The notes under the pieces: generated by a model
What the model was told of the DNA's origin: nothing
Database searches by the model: none
The model's input: the letters and a program-made list of their open reading frames with translations, nothing else
Shown: positions 21,489 to 32,273 of the stretch, piece after piece
Layout of the letters: each line of letters starts with the position of its first letter
Position numbering within the stretch: the first letter of the stretch is position 1
Program-made: the position numbers and the translations under genes
Assembly (NCBI GenBank): GCA_002811645.1
Contig: PDIP01000263.1
Location: forward strand, 1-47,702
Source of the DNA: Corallochytrium limacisporum Hawaii
Taxonomy: Eukaryota > Protista > Pluriformea
Length of the DNA stretch: 47,702 nt
Reading direction: 5' to 3'

Positions 21489-22673
21489 ATGCGGGTACGA
21501 ATGGGCAAGCTTATCTTACTGCTCTATCCGCTTCTCCTCTTCCTTTTCCTGTTCAGTCGGAGTGGGTATGAACAATCCCCAGGTAGTACTTCTGCCCCGT
21601 CCCATCCTTGGAACCGGACTAAAGGAAAGGCCAAGGACATCCAGGACAGCACCTACGTCACGCCACCAGCTCGGATACTGACTCCACAAGATCAGGGTCT
21701 TGGAAGTATAGATCCCGATGCGGAGTATGCGCGAGTGGTCATATGCAGTGATAAGAACAACATCGGTGGCATGGTAGCACTGATGAATTCAATCTTGACG
21801 AACGCATCAAAGCCGTCCAATGTCTTCTTCTATTTGGTCGTAAGTGCGGATGCCCTCTACCATGCGGACTATTACATTAGCAAATACTTCGACCGAGATC
21901 AGACCATTCTACGGGTCTTCCCGGACGAGTGGGTGAAGGGGCGTGTGAAAATTCGAGGCGGACGCAAGAAGCTGGCCGCGCCGCTCAACTATGCACGATT
22001 TTACATTCCGAAACTCTTCCGCACATTACGCTCAGGTCGCGTAATCTTTATCGATGACGACTGCATCGTTCAAGGTGACATTTTTGAGCTGCTACATCAA
22101 CCTATTGACCATGGGCATGTCTTAACCGTCTCTGCAGACTGTGTAGGCGGAGGGAATTTGGTGCAGCATTATGTCAACTTCAGGAGCGACATGGTCAAGG
22201 CGTACGCTAAGGAAGTCGGGGGTGACCGCCTCAATCCCAATGGCTGTGCATTCAACGCTGGCGTTTTTGTTGCGGACATGGATCGGTGGATGATGGAGGG
22301 TATTACAGACCAGTTGGATTTCTGGATGTATGCAAATACTCAGCACAAGATATATGGCATGGGACCGGCTGGTGGTGGAAGTCAACCGCCAATGCTGCTC
22401 ACCCTCGGCGGCAAGTTTACCGAGCTCGATCCGAAGTGGCACAAGCGAGGCCTCGGCTGGGACGGCCGTCTGGACCCGGAGCAGTTGCGCAAGGAGGCAA
22501 AGCTCCTCCACTGGACAGGAAGTGGAAAGCCCTGGTCCCGAGGTGGGAAACACCGTGACCTGTGGATGCGATACTATCTCGAGGACCCCACTGGTCAATG
22601 GGTAGTGGAAAGCACTGAGGAACCCACGTACAAGTATGTAGACGCGAATGGTAAGGAAGTCAGAGCACCCTAG
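21489..22673 (+). CDS. Glycosyltransferase family 8 (GLT8D1/2-like) type II membrane protein
   Basis: N-terminal signal anchor, LNYARFYIP, IFIDDDCIVQGDI (DxD), FNAGVFVAD, GGSQPPML, LLHWTGSGKPW. Confidence 0.92.
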   Translation: MRVRMGKLILLLYPLLLFLFLFSRSGYEQSPGSTSAPSHPWNRTKGKAKDIQDSTYVTPPARILTPQDQGLGSIDPDAEYARVVICSDKNNIGGMVALMNSILTNASKPSNVFFYLVVSADALYHADYYISKYFDRDQTILRVFPDEWVKGRVKIRGGRKKLAAPLNYARFYIPKLFRTLRSGRVIFIDDDCIVQGDIFELLHQPIDHGHVLTVSADCVGGGNLVQHYVNFRSDMVKAYAKEVGGDRLNPNGCAFNAGVFVADMDRWMMEGITDQLDFWMYANTQHKIYGMGPAGGGSQPPMLLTLGGKFTELDPKWHKRGLGWDGRLDPEQLRKEAKLLHWTGSGKPWSRGGKHRDLWMRYYLEDPTGQWVVESTEEPTYKYVDANGKEVRAP

Positions 22674-22745
22674 ATCTAGCAAGAAACTTTGTATATATTG
22701 AAACTAAACTTTACCATTTGAATTGTCGTTTTGGTGTCTGTCCTT

Positions 22746-24683
22746 CTAGCTGGAGCAAGAGACGCACAGAGTCTCGGCCCATTCCGGTTTCTTCTCCCCA
22801 AATATTTGGTCGTCGGATTCGGGCAGTTTTGTGAACGGATCTTCCATAACGGACTGCAGCTTACGCAAGAATGTGTAATCACCAGCCTCGGCCTCGGCAA
22901 TGGCGCGCTGGGCCAGGTGTTGGCGTAGGACGTACTGCGGATTGCTGGCATTCAAGATCTGGCGGCGCTCTTCAGCATTTGACATACCAGCCTTCTCCAG
23001 AGCGCTTACGTATTCCTGCACAAAGATTTCCCACTTGGTTCTGGTCTGCGCACGGAATTCGGACTCGTCCATCTTTGCAAGCTCGTCGAAGCGCTCCCAA
23101 TCTTTTTCCATGGCGTCGAAATCGACTGGTCCGCCGAGTATCCGCTCATAAATGTACTTCTGTTCGTCGGGCAGTTCCTTCATCATGGAAATCTGCTTCC
23201 GACTCAAGGATGGTTGGCGCTGGTACGCGAGTTGAGTGGAGGTGCCGGATTGGTTGGTCAGAGCGTCAACCAAAGCGTTCTGGCTATCAGTGTCCTTGAG
23301 ATTACCCAGGGTCGTGAGAGCACGGAAGCTGTTTGTCCAATCACCCGCAGTCTCCTCAAGAGTCTCAAGGAACTTGTCCCGCACGGTTTTACTAGTCTCG
23401 TCCGCGGTGTTGAACCCCATCTTGCCAGCAAAGATTCGGTTGTACTCTGCCTGAAACTCCGAGTCATAAGAGTCCAAGCCTTGCCGTAGATCCTCCATGT
23501 CCATAATGAAGGTGAGCACTTCCGCAAAGCGCGCAAGGTTCCACTTGCATACAGCAACCTGGTTGCGGTAGCAGTATCGACTGCCATTGTCGGAATGATT
23601 TGGTGTGTAGTTCGGATCGAACCGGTCCAGGAATCCATAAGGACCATAGTCAATGGTCAACCCAAGAATACTCAGATTATCCGTGTTCAGGACACCGTGG
23701 ACAAACCCCACAGCTTGCCACCTGGCGACCGTGTGGGCAGTGCGCTTGACTACTTCCTTGTAGAAAGCGGCCCGGCGCTTCTTTGTCGCGATCTCCTCAT
23801 CTCCATCTGTGATGCTCTCGTAGATTTCCGGGAAATGGTTCTGGATGGTGTAGTCCGTCAGTTGCTCACAAAGTACCTCATTACCAGCACTGGGACCTCC
23901 GGAACGAAAAATCTCCCAAGAACCAAGGCGGAGGAAGCTTTGCGCCAGGCGGAGAACAACTGCACACTTCTCATCCACCGGGTGGCCGTCATAGAGTGGG
24001 TCACGCATGACTTTGGTGATATCACTGACCACTAGTGTAGCTGCTCGTGATGTCGGTACGCCCAGAGCCGCCATGTGCTCACTGCATAGGAACTCACGAA
24101 TACTCGAACGCAGTACAGCTCGTCCATCTGCAAAGCGGCTGTATGGAGTCTTGCCGGCTCCCTTCATCTGCAACTCCACCCGGCTTCCTTTGCTGTTGAT
24201 GATTTCACCGAGGGTTATTGCGCGTCCATCACCCAACTGTCCCGCAAATTGTCCAAACTGGTGGCCACAGTAGCAGTGTGCTATTGGCAGGGCACCCGGG
24301 GGCACCTCACAGCCGCCAAAGTAGTTGGCTAGCTTCTTGTCGTTCAGTGGGTCCTCGAGGTGTTCAAGATCCAAGAGCTCCAATGCCGTTTTGCTGAATG
24401 CGGCCACATATGGTTTCTCCATCGGAGTTGGTTGTACCTCTGAGTAGATCACTCCCGGAGTCGGCCTCTGCACCAAATGATTCTTGTCCTGGTCGACAGG
24501 CAAGGATCTAACCGCCAGCAGATCCCAAGGCATGTCATCCAAGGATGCCTTGGTCTTGTTACTCTGTGGCTCTGTGGAGGTCGCCATAGTTCCTCTCTTT
24601 AGTGTACTAAAAATGGCAGTAGGAGCAACGCGTCTCGAAACCCGTGTTGATGACCTCACTAAGAAGCTACTTCCACAAAGCAT
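22746..24683 (-). CDS. SELENOO: Protein adenylyltransferase SelO (Cys-containing homolog), probably mitochondrial
   Basis: YCGHQFGQFAGQLGDGRA, QMKGAGKTPYSR..DGRAVLRSSIRE, HGVLNTDN, TIDYGPYGF. Ends CVSCSS. Confidence 0.95.
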   Translation of the reverse strand: MLCGSSFLVRSSTRVSRRVAPTAIFSTLKRGTMATSTEPQSNKTKASLDDMPWDLLAVRSLPVDQDKNHLVQRPTPGVIYSEVQPTPMEKPYVAAFSKTALELLDLEHLEDPLNDKKLANYFGGCEVPPGALPIAHCYCGHQFGQFAGQLGDGRAITLGEIINSKGSRVELQMKGAGKTPYSRFADGRAVLRSSIREFLCSEHMAALGVPTSRAATLVVSDITKVMRDPLYDGHPVDEKCAVVLRLAQSFLRLGSWEIFRSGGPSAGNEVLCEQLTDYTIQNHFPEIYESITDGDEEIATKKRRAAFYKEVVKRTAHTVARWQAVGFVHGVLNTDNLSILGLTIDYGPYGFLDRFDPNYTPNHSDNGSRYCYRNQVAVCKWNLARFAEVLTFIMDMEDLRQGLDSYDSEFQAEYNRIFAGKMGFNTADETSKTVRDKFLETLEETAGDWTNSFRALTTLGNLKDTDSQNALVDALTNQSGTSTQLAYQRQPSLSRKQISMMKELPDEQKYIYERILGGPVDFDAMEKDWERFDELAKMDESEFRAQTRTKWEIFVQEYVSALEKAGMSNAEERRQILNASNPQYVLRQHLAQRAIAEAEAGDYTFLRKLQSVMEDPFTKLPESDDQIFGEKKPEWAETLCVSCSS

Positions 24684-25679
24684 CTACCTGTTTCATTCAG
24701 TCCATTTGCTAGTCATGCGCAACCGGCTGATCACACTCTCGTCATTGGGGACTAAATCATCACATATTCTTTGACAACGCCTGTGCACCACTGTTACTTC
24801 CATTCTACGCCCTGTCTTCCGTACCTTTACCGTTCTACCGGGTACTGTGTACGTCTTAATCATATCGCTTTCCGCTGGGATGGTCCCAGGGGACCCTCCC
24901 CGTTTCGCTCCTCCGTGAGCTCTTATCAGCCGACGGCCCTGCTGCCCGAGGTCGGTGGACAAGCGCTCGCACAAAACGATGGATTCAAATTAATGTTTTT
25001 GGTGTCTATTAGGGGTTTGGTTTTACCAGAGATGTGTTGGGGGGAGGGAGGGGGGGTTGGTCTTGAGTGCAAGAAACTGGGAGAAGGGGGAAGGTGATGG
25101 GCACGCAGTGGGAAAAAATAGCCCATATTTTGTCATTTTGCAAAAGGGGGGCCCCACCTCACGCTCTGAGGAGAGATCTCCCCACGTTAACGACCAGTGA
25201 ACTCTTGCGCCGGTGGCGCTCGGGGACGGGTGCGATCGGCTGGTGGACCGCTCGCTTATGGGCTGGATTTGCGGCTGGTGGATAATCGCTTGAGTTTTTA
25301 ATCGTTCTGGTCCCTCGCCCCCTTTGGCACGAGCTTTTTCGCGTGGCGTAAATGTGTAGCAGCCACTGGAGAGTGGTGGCGACGTTTAACGAATAGAGAG
25401 TGATAGTGGACCAAAGGAAAACTTGGTAACAAGAATACGAGTTTCTGAAGTGTTCCGGAGACAATGGAACATCTGTACGAATGATCTTTCGAAGAAGGAC
25501 CGTGGGCGAGCTTATCTTGAGCTACAAAAAGGTTTGTCTTGCAACTGAAGTTTATTTCCTGCAATGGTTCCATTGTGCCTACCAATGGGCGAGTTTGGAG
25601 TGATATTGACAACATCAAGATTGTGAGGACTCAAGTATCAGAGACAAGGAATGACCAAATTCACATAACAAAGGGTTGC

Positions 25680-26852
25680 ATGGCGCCTCGCACACTAACA
25701 AACATGAACAGCGAACAGACCACTCCCGGCGATGACCTGGGAGAAGCCGGTGGTGACGAAGGAGGCATGATAGATGGGAAACGCGGACTTGAGCAGAAAC
25801 ATAGAGTCATCAACAATAGCAAACAAAGCGTTAGCATGATCACAACTAGCTTCAATGCAAGCTCGGCGGCCATTTCTCTGCCGGGTAGCAATCGTAACGC
25901 GTTGAATATTGCTCAGTTGCCAGACGATATTCTATTGAAGATTCTTAATTACCTGGGACCCAGGGACCTGGCCCGGGCAAGCGCCAGCTGCACCCGACTG
26001 CAGGCGGTCAGCAGCAGACTCTGGCGCAGGCATTACAAAGATCTCGTACGGCCCCGTGTGCGCCAGCCACGCGTATTGATCTGTCTCGGAGAGGCACATC
26101 GTACGGGCGACCTCAGCGAAGTCAGCGAAAGTTCATGCTCGGACGTTGGTGAAACTGTAATGACGGACAGGACTGCGGCCGATCAGGAAGTGGCAGAATT
26201 GAGCCAGGGCATCGTAGGCTCTCCTTTCTTGAAGCCCACGCATATTCCTTCGTCCTATACGAACAGTTCAATGGGGATTCGTACAGTGGACTGGCATGGA
26301 GCTTTTGTGAGCAGATATCTAGACCATGTGCGGCACAGGCGTTTCTTCGCTGCCATTGATCGTGAGCCCCTAATTGACCCGGAGGCACAAGCAAAGGTTA
26401 CGAGATGTGAAGCAGAGTGGGGTCTGAAGCTGCCGGTAGCAGTGCGGAACTTTTTCGGCCTGAAGCATGTGCAACGGGTCGTGTACAAAATTTTTCCCAC
26501 CAACAATCGACTGCTGACTCCCACAAACAATCCGTCCGATTGGCCACTGCGGGATACAGATCGTGGGCGCAAATTACTACAGATCATGGAAGATAATAGT
26601 GGTAATTCGGTTTTTTGGTACGTAATGTGGGATGCATCGGATCTAGACTCGGTCGACCCCGATCCGCCGGTGTACGTAAGCGAGACAAAGCTGGGCGAGG
26701 AAGAGGGACAGCTGGTCGACGAATCACATCTCATGCTGGAATGCCAGCACTTTAGTACCTTCTTCCTGACAATCGCTTCGGATGGTCTAGCTTGGTACAA
26801 GGAACATACATCTAATCCAGTGGACTTTAGTCTGCTTGACATTCTTGACTAA
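25680..26852 (+). CDS. F-box protein with a C-terminal SMI1/KNR4 (SUKH)-like domain
   Basis: F-box LPDDILLKILNYLGPRDLARASASC..W. SMI1-like motif VTRCEAEWGLKLPVAVRNFF. First ATG is 25680 (alternative 25704). Confidence 0.75.
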   Translation: MAPRTLTNMNSEQTTPGDDLGEAGGDEGGMIDGKRGLEQKHRVINNSKQSVSMITTSFNASSAAISLPGSNRNALNIAQLPDDILLKILNYLGPRDLARASASCTRLQAVSSRLWRRHYKDLVRPRVRQPRVLICLGEAHRTGDLSEVSESSCSDVGETVMTDRTAADQEVAELSQGIVGSPFLKPTHIPSSYTNSSMGIRTVDWHGAFVSRYLDHVRHRRFFAAIDREPLIDPEAQAKVTRCEAEWGLKLPVAVRNFFGLKHVQRVVYKIFPTNNRLLTPTNNPSDWPLRDTDRGRKLLQIMEDNSGNSVFWYVMWDASDLDSVDPDPPVYVSETKLGEEEGQLVDESHLMLECQHFSTFFLTIASDGLAWYKEHTSNPVDFSLLDILD

Positions 26853-26905
26853 TGCCAAACGGCATGTATAGTACATACATAAATTCTGAACCACTTTCCA
26901 TTGTC

Positions 26906-29900
26906 TCACAGACGCATTGACAAGCCACGAAATTGACTGAGTAGTCTGAACACATCCGTGTGATCTTGCTCGCGCTCTGCATCGCTGCTCTGCTTTTTGT
27001 TTCCCTTTGGTAGACTTGTGGCCTTTTCAGCCTCATCCGCCAGTCGCCCAACGCTCCCAGTGACAGATTTGCCAAAACGATGCTCATCAGCTGGGCCTTT
27101 CCGATCAAGTGTTTGCATACCACACAAACTCACGACATAGAGATTGATCTTTGTCCGATGGGCCCTAGACGAAGCCAGATCTACCAGAACTGTGACGCGC
27201 TGAAACAAACGGCACGTTTGTGAGTGTTTCTTGTCGTGCCGGGTGATACGTACGCTGTAGTTGTCATGACCTTCGCCTATCAGTTCGGAACCCAAATCGC
27301 TGGTTTTGAGACACAGTTCACTCAGATCCCCATCACCCTTCATTGAAGCGAATGTCTCCCTAACATGGCGGGCAGTTGCTTGTGTGTCCGACAGGTTAAA
27401 CACCGATGCCATAAAATGAGACCCTTGCTCATTGTCAGAGGGTTTCGTTAGCAGGCTCTGCAGCGGCACATTTGCACCCAAAGAGAAGGCTGGCAGGTAT
27501 ATCATGATGCCATTCACTGCTTGAATATCAATGACCAGTCCCTCAACAACCCGCTGCTGGACTGATAACCGCCGCAGGTAGTCCAGTAGGAACAGCCGGG
27601 TGGCCTCTCGTTGGCTGACCTTAGATGCCCGGTGACGATCATTTATGTGCCTGCAGAGGGCCCCAAGCCGGCCGCTATCGTAAGAATCCACGTCCCTAAT
27701 CATCCGTTTGTCTCCAAGGCAGGCCAGGAGTAGGCGGTGCACCACGACGTCGGCGTAACGCCGGATGGGTGATGTAAAGTGCGTATAGAGATCCAGACCT
27801 AGGCCGTAGTGTGAATAGTCACCAGTGGGGTCGGCCCCGATACATATATACTCGGCCTCTGACATGGCTCGCACGGCCATTTGCCTGAGGATTGACCGAA
27901 ACATAGGCTCACTACGATCATCACAATCACTCAGTGATGTCGCAAGGGCCTTGTTGCTCTCATGATTGATGGAAAAGCCTTTAGAGGCAGCGAGGCGAGC
28001 CAGCGTTTGGAATCCATTCGCGTCTGGTAGAGCATGGCGGCGCAGCACGGCCAGATTAGGCACCTGCTCTGTCAGGTACTCAGCAACTTGCCGATTAGCC
28101 AAAATCATGAGCTCCGCAATTACTTTGTGGATGGGCAGACCTTGCTTCGGCGTCATACCTGTCACCTGCCCCGTTGTCCGGTCTATTCGGATCTGCAACT
28201 CCGCATCTGATTCTAATTCCAGGGCACCATTGTCAAGGCGCAACTGACGGAAATGCTCTGCGATACGGAATGCCCATTGAATGCTGCTCAGGACTGTTTG
28301 ATACTCGCTGGTACTCGCTTTCAAAAGAGCGGCCGGACAGTCTCCGATGCTCCCTAAAATGTTCTTGCGATCAGATAAATTGTCTTTGAGGTCCATTCCT
28401 GGGTCACCAGCATAATCCATAATGCTTTGTGCAACTTCGTAGCTCATCTTGTAGCGATTTTTTAAGGCGGTACGCCCCATCCACACATTCTGTACTCTAA
28501 AGTCAGGTAGTCGGAATCGCCAGAGGACGCTAACTGCAAAGCGCTCTTCTCCTCCCTGCAGAGAGCAAAGGTTCTCACTTAGTTGCTCTGGCAACATGTT
28601 GAATCTGCGGTCGGGCAGGTACACAGTTGTGGATCGTTGAGACGCCTCACGATCATTTGCACTTCCCGTCCGCACGAAGTGACTCACATCCGCAATGTGG
28701 ACACCGAGCTCTATTACCTGACCTCTCTGCATCTCGCGGATGCTCAGTGCATCATCGACGTCCTGAGACCCGATGGGATCAATGGACATCACAGTGTGAG
28801 TTTCCCGCAGATCCCTGCGTTCTAGAGGCGAAGACTCCGAGTCGTTGTGAATGGTCCAATCGTTACCGGGTAACTCTGCCATCTGTTCCTCTGAAAATGG
28901 TCTGATTGCAACATCGTGTTCGATCAGCAGACCGCGGAGGTCAGTGGTGAGATCACCAATGTCTCCTAAGGTCTTCACATAATGACCGTCTGGCATTTTG
29001 AATTCTGCATCCCAGCGGTCGATACGTACTACAAACCGTTGACTGGCTAGCTTGTCCGCCTGTCGGGTACTGAATCTGATACAGGGAATGTTTCGATCCG
29101 CAGGAACTGCAACCTGTTGGCTACCAGGGACCACAGATCCATCATCCTGGACACGAAGAGAACAGACATAGTCTTTCCAGGCCCGTGAGTCAATTGCGAT
29201 CACTTTCGCGTTCAGCAGTCCCTTATCATCTGCTGCTAGAAGGAGACCAGCATCGTCAAGGGGATAGTCGCCTATCTCCTCGTCTACGTCGATGATAGCA
29301 CCGTCAACCTCTGCCGCATCTTCTTCATATTTTTTCATTAGTTCTACATACACCACATCATTGTGCATTGCACGATTGGCACATTTCAAGTTTGGAACGC
29401 GAAGAGTCGTCTGCACTGGCTTCGTGACCCGCACGAAGCCATACGTCTCTTGTCCCTGTCCCTTTGACATGTGTCTCCCTTCTGCCCTCTGGAACCTGCC
29501 ATACATCACTTTCCCGCTGGCTAAAAGATTTTGAGCCATCTCAAGGGCTGTATGTGCGGCAAATGGATGCTTTTCAGTGTCGCCTCTAGCGGCCAGCGCC
29601 GGATTCTCTTCCTTGCGAATGTCTGCCATCATGGCCCCCTGTAGGCCATCGAGGATGGCCAATGTATCCGGTTGGTTGAGGTAATCATACCCAAAGGCTT
29701 CACAAAGCAAATCTTCCATACCAATGGTTTCACAGCCATGCTCTGAATAGACATGTTGGCTTGATGCGGAACAAGAAACGATGCGCACCGTCGGCACCTC
29801 ATTATCTTCGGCCCCTTTCTGCTGCAATGTATCGTACAGATGCTCTCCTAGGTATGATGCTGCAACCAGGGCTGCCCTTGTATCCCTGTCCTTCGCCGTC

Positions 29901-30382
29901 TCTTTTGCTGGCTCACGCACAGCAAACGTATTGATATTGTGTTCGTTGTCGAACAGCACCAATGAACTGTTGGAGTCTTCAATAATACGACGCAGCTGTG
30001 ACTCTGACCTGCTATAGCCGAGCTCTTGAAAAATCTGGAAGGTGGACTGCAATACAACAATAATGGGCCTCTTACCACCAGGTGTAAGGTTTGATACTTC
30101 CTCAAAGAGCTCATAAAAGTATTTTCCGGCGCTTGGGTCTAGAACATATACTGTGGACTGTGGAAACACGGTCTTTCTTTGCCCTGTGATCTGATTCACC
30201 ACCTGTTGAGATCCACCTCTACTTCTCGACTTTTCGCAGTGTGGACATGTTTTGAAGGGGCAAGGCGTATCAGATCTGAGGTAATGCTCTCGAACAATGT
30301 GAACAATGTTGCCCTTTTTGTTGCGTATATTGAGCATGCGCTCAACACGCGTGCCCTGGAACGCTTGGACTTTGTCCGGCAT
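26906..30382 (-). CDS. DIS3L: DIS3-like exonuclease 1 (CR3-PIN-CSD-RNB-S1)
   Basis: VREHYLR..PC..C..C CR3 motif, degenerate PIN, RNB catalytic SIDPIGSQDVDDALS, GVHIADVS, YTHFTSPIRRYAD. The region GDIGDL..PFSEEQMAELP is more like DIS3L than DIS3. Confidence 0.8.
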   Translation of the reverse strand: MPDKVQAFQGTRVERMLNIRNKKGNIVHIVREHYLRSDTPCPFKTCPHCEKSRSRGGSQQVVNQITGQRKTVFPQSTVYVLDPSAGKYFYELFEEVSNLTPGGKRPIIVVLQSTFQIFQELGYSRSESQLRRIIEDSNSSLVLFDNEHNINTFAVREPAKETAKDRDTRAALVAASYLGEHLYDTLQQKGAEDNEVPTVRIVSCSASSQHVYSEHGCETIGMEDLLCEAFGYDYLNQPDTLAILDGLQGAMMADIRKEENPALAARGDTEKHPFAAHTALEMAQNLLASGKVMYGRFQRAEGRHMSKGQGQETYGFVRVTKPVQTTLRVPNLKCANRAMHNDVVYVELMKKYEEDAAEVDGAIIDVDEEIGDYPLDDAGLLLAADDKGLLNAKVIAIDSRAWKDYVCSLRVQDDGSVVPGSQQVAVPADRNIPCIRFSTRQADKLASQRFVVRIDRWDAEFKMPDGHYVKTLGDIGDLTTDLRGLLIEHDVAIRPFSEEQMAELPGNDWTIHNDSESSPLERRDLRETHTVMSIDPIGSQDVDDALSIREMQRGQVIELGVHIADVSHFVRTGSANDREASQRSTTVYLPDRRFNMLPEQLSENLCSLQGGEERFAVSVLWRFRLPDFRVQNVWMGRTALKNRYKMSYEVAQSIMDYAGDPGMDLKDNLSDRKNILGSIGDCPAALLKASTSEYQTVLSSIQWAFRIAEHFRQLRLDNGALELESDAELQIRIDRTTGQVTGMTPKQGLPIHKVIAELMILANRQVAEYLTEQVPNLAVLRRHALPDANGFQTLARLAASKGFSINHESNKALATSLSDCDDRSEPMFRSILRQMAVRAMSEAEYICIGADPTGDYSHYGLGLDLYTHFTSPIRRYADVVVHRLLLACLGDKRMIRDVDSYDSGRLGALCRHINDRHRASKVSQREATRLFLLDYLRRLSVQQRVVEGLVIDIQAVNGIMIYLPAFSLGANVPLQSLLTKPSDNEQGSHFMASVFNLSDTQATARHVRETFASMKGDGDLSELCLKTSDLGSELIGEGHDNYSVRITRHDKKHSQTCRLFQRVTVLVDLASSRAHRTKINLYVVSLCGMQTLDRKGPADEHRFGKSVTGSVGRLADEAEKATSLPKGNKKQSSDAEREQDHTDVFRLLSQFRGLSMRL

Positions 30383-30683
30383 TTCCCTGATCTCGGTGTC
30401 TTGTGTAGTTCATGCCATTGTTCATGAGAAAAATCTAACCATGTCATCTACTCAGATGCATAGTAAGTCACCACTGAAGCTGAAGGCCTAGCTTCGGCTT
30501 TAAGGACCTGTGCATCTTCCCGACGAAGCCTGTGCTACAGCCGCGGATTTGCTTGCTTTCCAGCTCCCGCCCGCCCGGTCACTGTGAAAGAACGGTGGGG
30601 GCAATCCTGAGCGTAGCTACAGGTATCTGCAATAGTAGTCCGATGTTGGAGAGGTTTCAAAGGCGAATCTGTATGAGGGATGT

Positions 30684-31154
30684 CTACTGTGCAATGGGGT
30701 TGTTCTTGAAGAGATGCTCGGCTAGATAATCCACAGGATCATCGGGCCGGACGTTGATGACCTCAATGGGACCTTGTGTTAGTGTGGGCATAACGTTCTT
30801 CATGAGGTAGTTACGCAAAGGGGCGCTTTCTGACTCCATCAAGTCGGCTTCGTCCTTCTTGGGCTCCGCAACCTTGGCCGCCCACAACTCCTGTCGCTTC
30901 TGACGGTGCAGTTCATCCTCTTGCTTCTCGCGGTACTCGGCCACGATTGTGTTCATGTTCTGCACGATACCATGTTCATACTTGAGTTCCAGACCAATGT
31001 CCTTTAAAGCACCGATCTTAATGTTCAGTCTCATACTCAGATGGTCGTACACTGGCAGTTTAAAGCCACGCATGGTGGCAGCCACATCTCGCTTGACACT
31101 GTGGACGTTACCATAGCTCAGCGATTTAGCGATGGCAGTGGTGACCTCCAGCTG
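30684..31154 (-). pseudogene. AK7: Truncated, internally deleted adenylate kinase 7 relic (pre-kinase segment fused to coiled coil and Dpy-30 motif)
   Basis: C-terminus [42 protein letters not shown] matches the AK7 end. [30 protein letters not shown] matches the AK7 segment just before the P-loop. No P-loop is present. Lies within ORF 30684..31196. Confidence 0.8.
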
Positions 31155-31681
31155 GCGGCAGACCCGCCACCGCCGTCCGAATGGCCGCCGTCGCATGAGA
31201 CCGGTCCACGAATGCCTCCCCTAACGAAAAGTGGCCCATCAAACAGCAAACACTAAAACTGAGACCTAGTAAAATCATTATTTTGAATTTAAATTCCGCT
31301 TGAACGAAGCCCGAACCCACCGGTGGGCCACATTTGTATTTTGCTTTTTCTTTCTGTTCCCAACCGGTTTTCCTGTGGGATAGGTCTGGGTGTCAGTGAT
31401 GGACGGGAACGGAGTACTTAACATAAGAGAAATCGATCCGCGCAAACGGAAAAACAAAATATAGCACACCGCCGATGAGACACCACTGCCAGCCCAGCCC
31501 AGCACCCGCGTGCATCCCGGCGCATTGTGCTCTGGCAAAGTTACAATGGATCCTCACCAAAATATAGTACATTCAGTATTCAAGATCAGAATGTCCCCAG
31601 CCAGAAGACCTTTACTCCTTGGCCCTTTTTAAACGGCCTTCTCCATTGGGGGCCCATTTTCATACCGCTCCATCGCCCAGG

Positions 31682-31701
31682 CCCCCCCCCCGGGGGGGGG
31701 G
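31682..31701. repeat. C10-G10 palindrome
   Basis: Read directly from the sequence. Confidence 0.8.
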
Positions 31702-32273
31702 AATGTTTTGTTCCAAGCGGCGGGCCTTGGTGATGGTGGCGGAGTTGGAGGGGTAGAGGGGGGGACCGATGGTGCGGCAAATAATACCCCAACCACCGAT
31801 CTTTCGTAATATTTTGCCAAGAGGGGGGGGGGGCTTTGGGTTAGGAGAGTTTTGAAATTAAAAGGAGAGAAAATAAAAAAAAGCCAGAAATACGCAGGCA
31901 AACATAGAAAACTTTCTGCCTCTCCGGTGTGGAGCACATAAAAAGAGAAACAAACATAAAAACCAAAGACCTCCCGCCCGGGACTGCGTAAAAGAAAAAA
32001 GGAAAATAATGAAAAAAAAAAAAACAAGTACATATCATCCATCACACCCGCCATCCGATACTGATGTGGGGGAGGATTTCTGGGCCTCAGAGTAGTGGGT
32101 GGGCGGGCAGTGGAGATCGCATCAAATCATCCACCACCACCATTAGAAATATGCCTTGTTTCCTGTGTGTGGCATGACAGAGCATCATCCAACAAGGAGC
32201 TCATCATTCTGTTCGTGACACGAAGTGTTTATTTCCATACAACAGTCGTTGACAGTGCATCTGGAGAAGACGT

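Noticed and set aside
22746-22770. Selenocysteine/SECIS in SelO
   Set aside because: The C-terminus is CVSCSS with a Cys codon and a TAG stop. There is no in-frame TGA and only 72 nt downstream.
31560-32100. Homopolymer-rich stretch as a possible element or gene
   Set aside because: No coherent ORF or termini. It resembles low-complexity or error-prone assembly.
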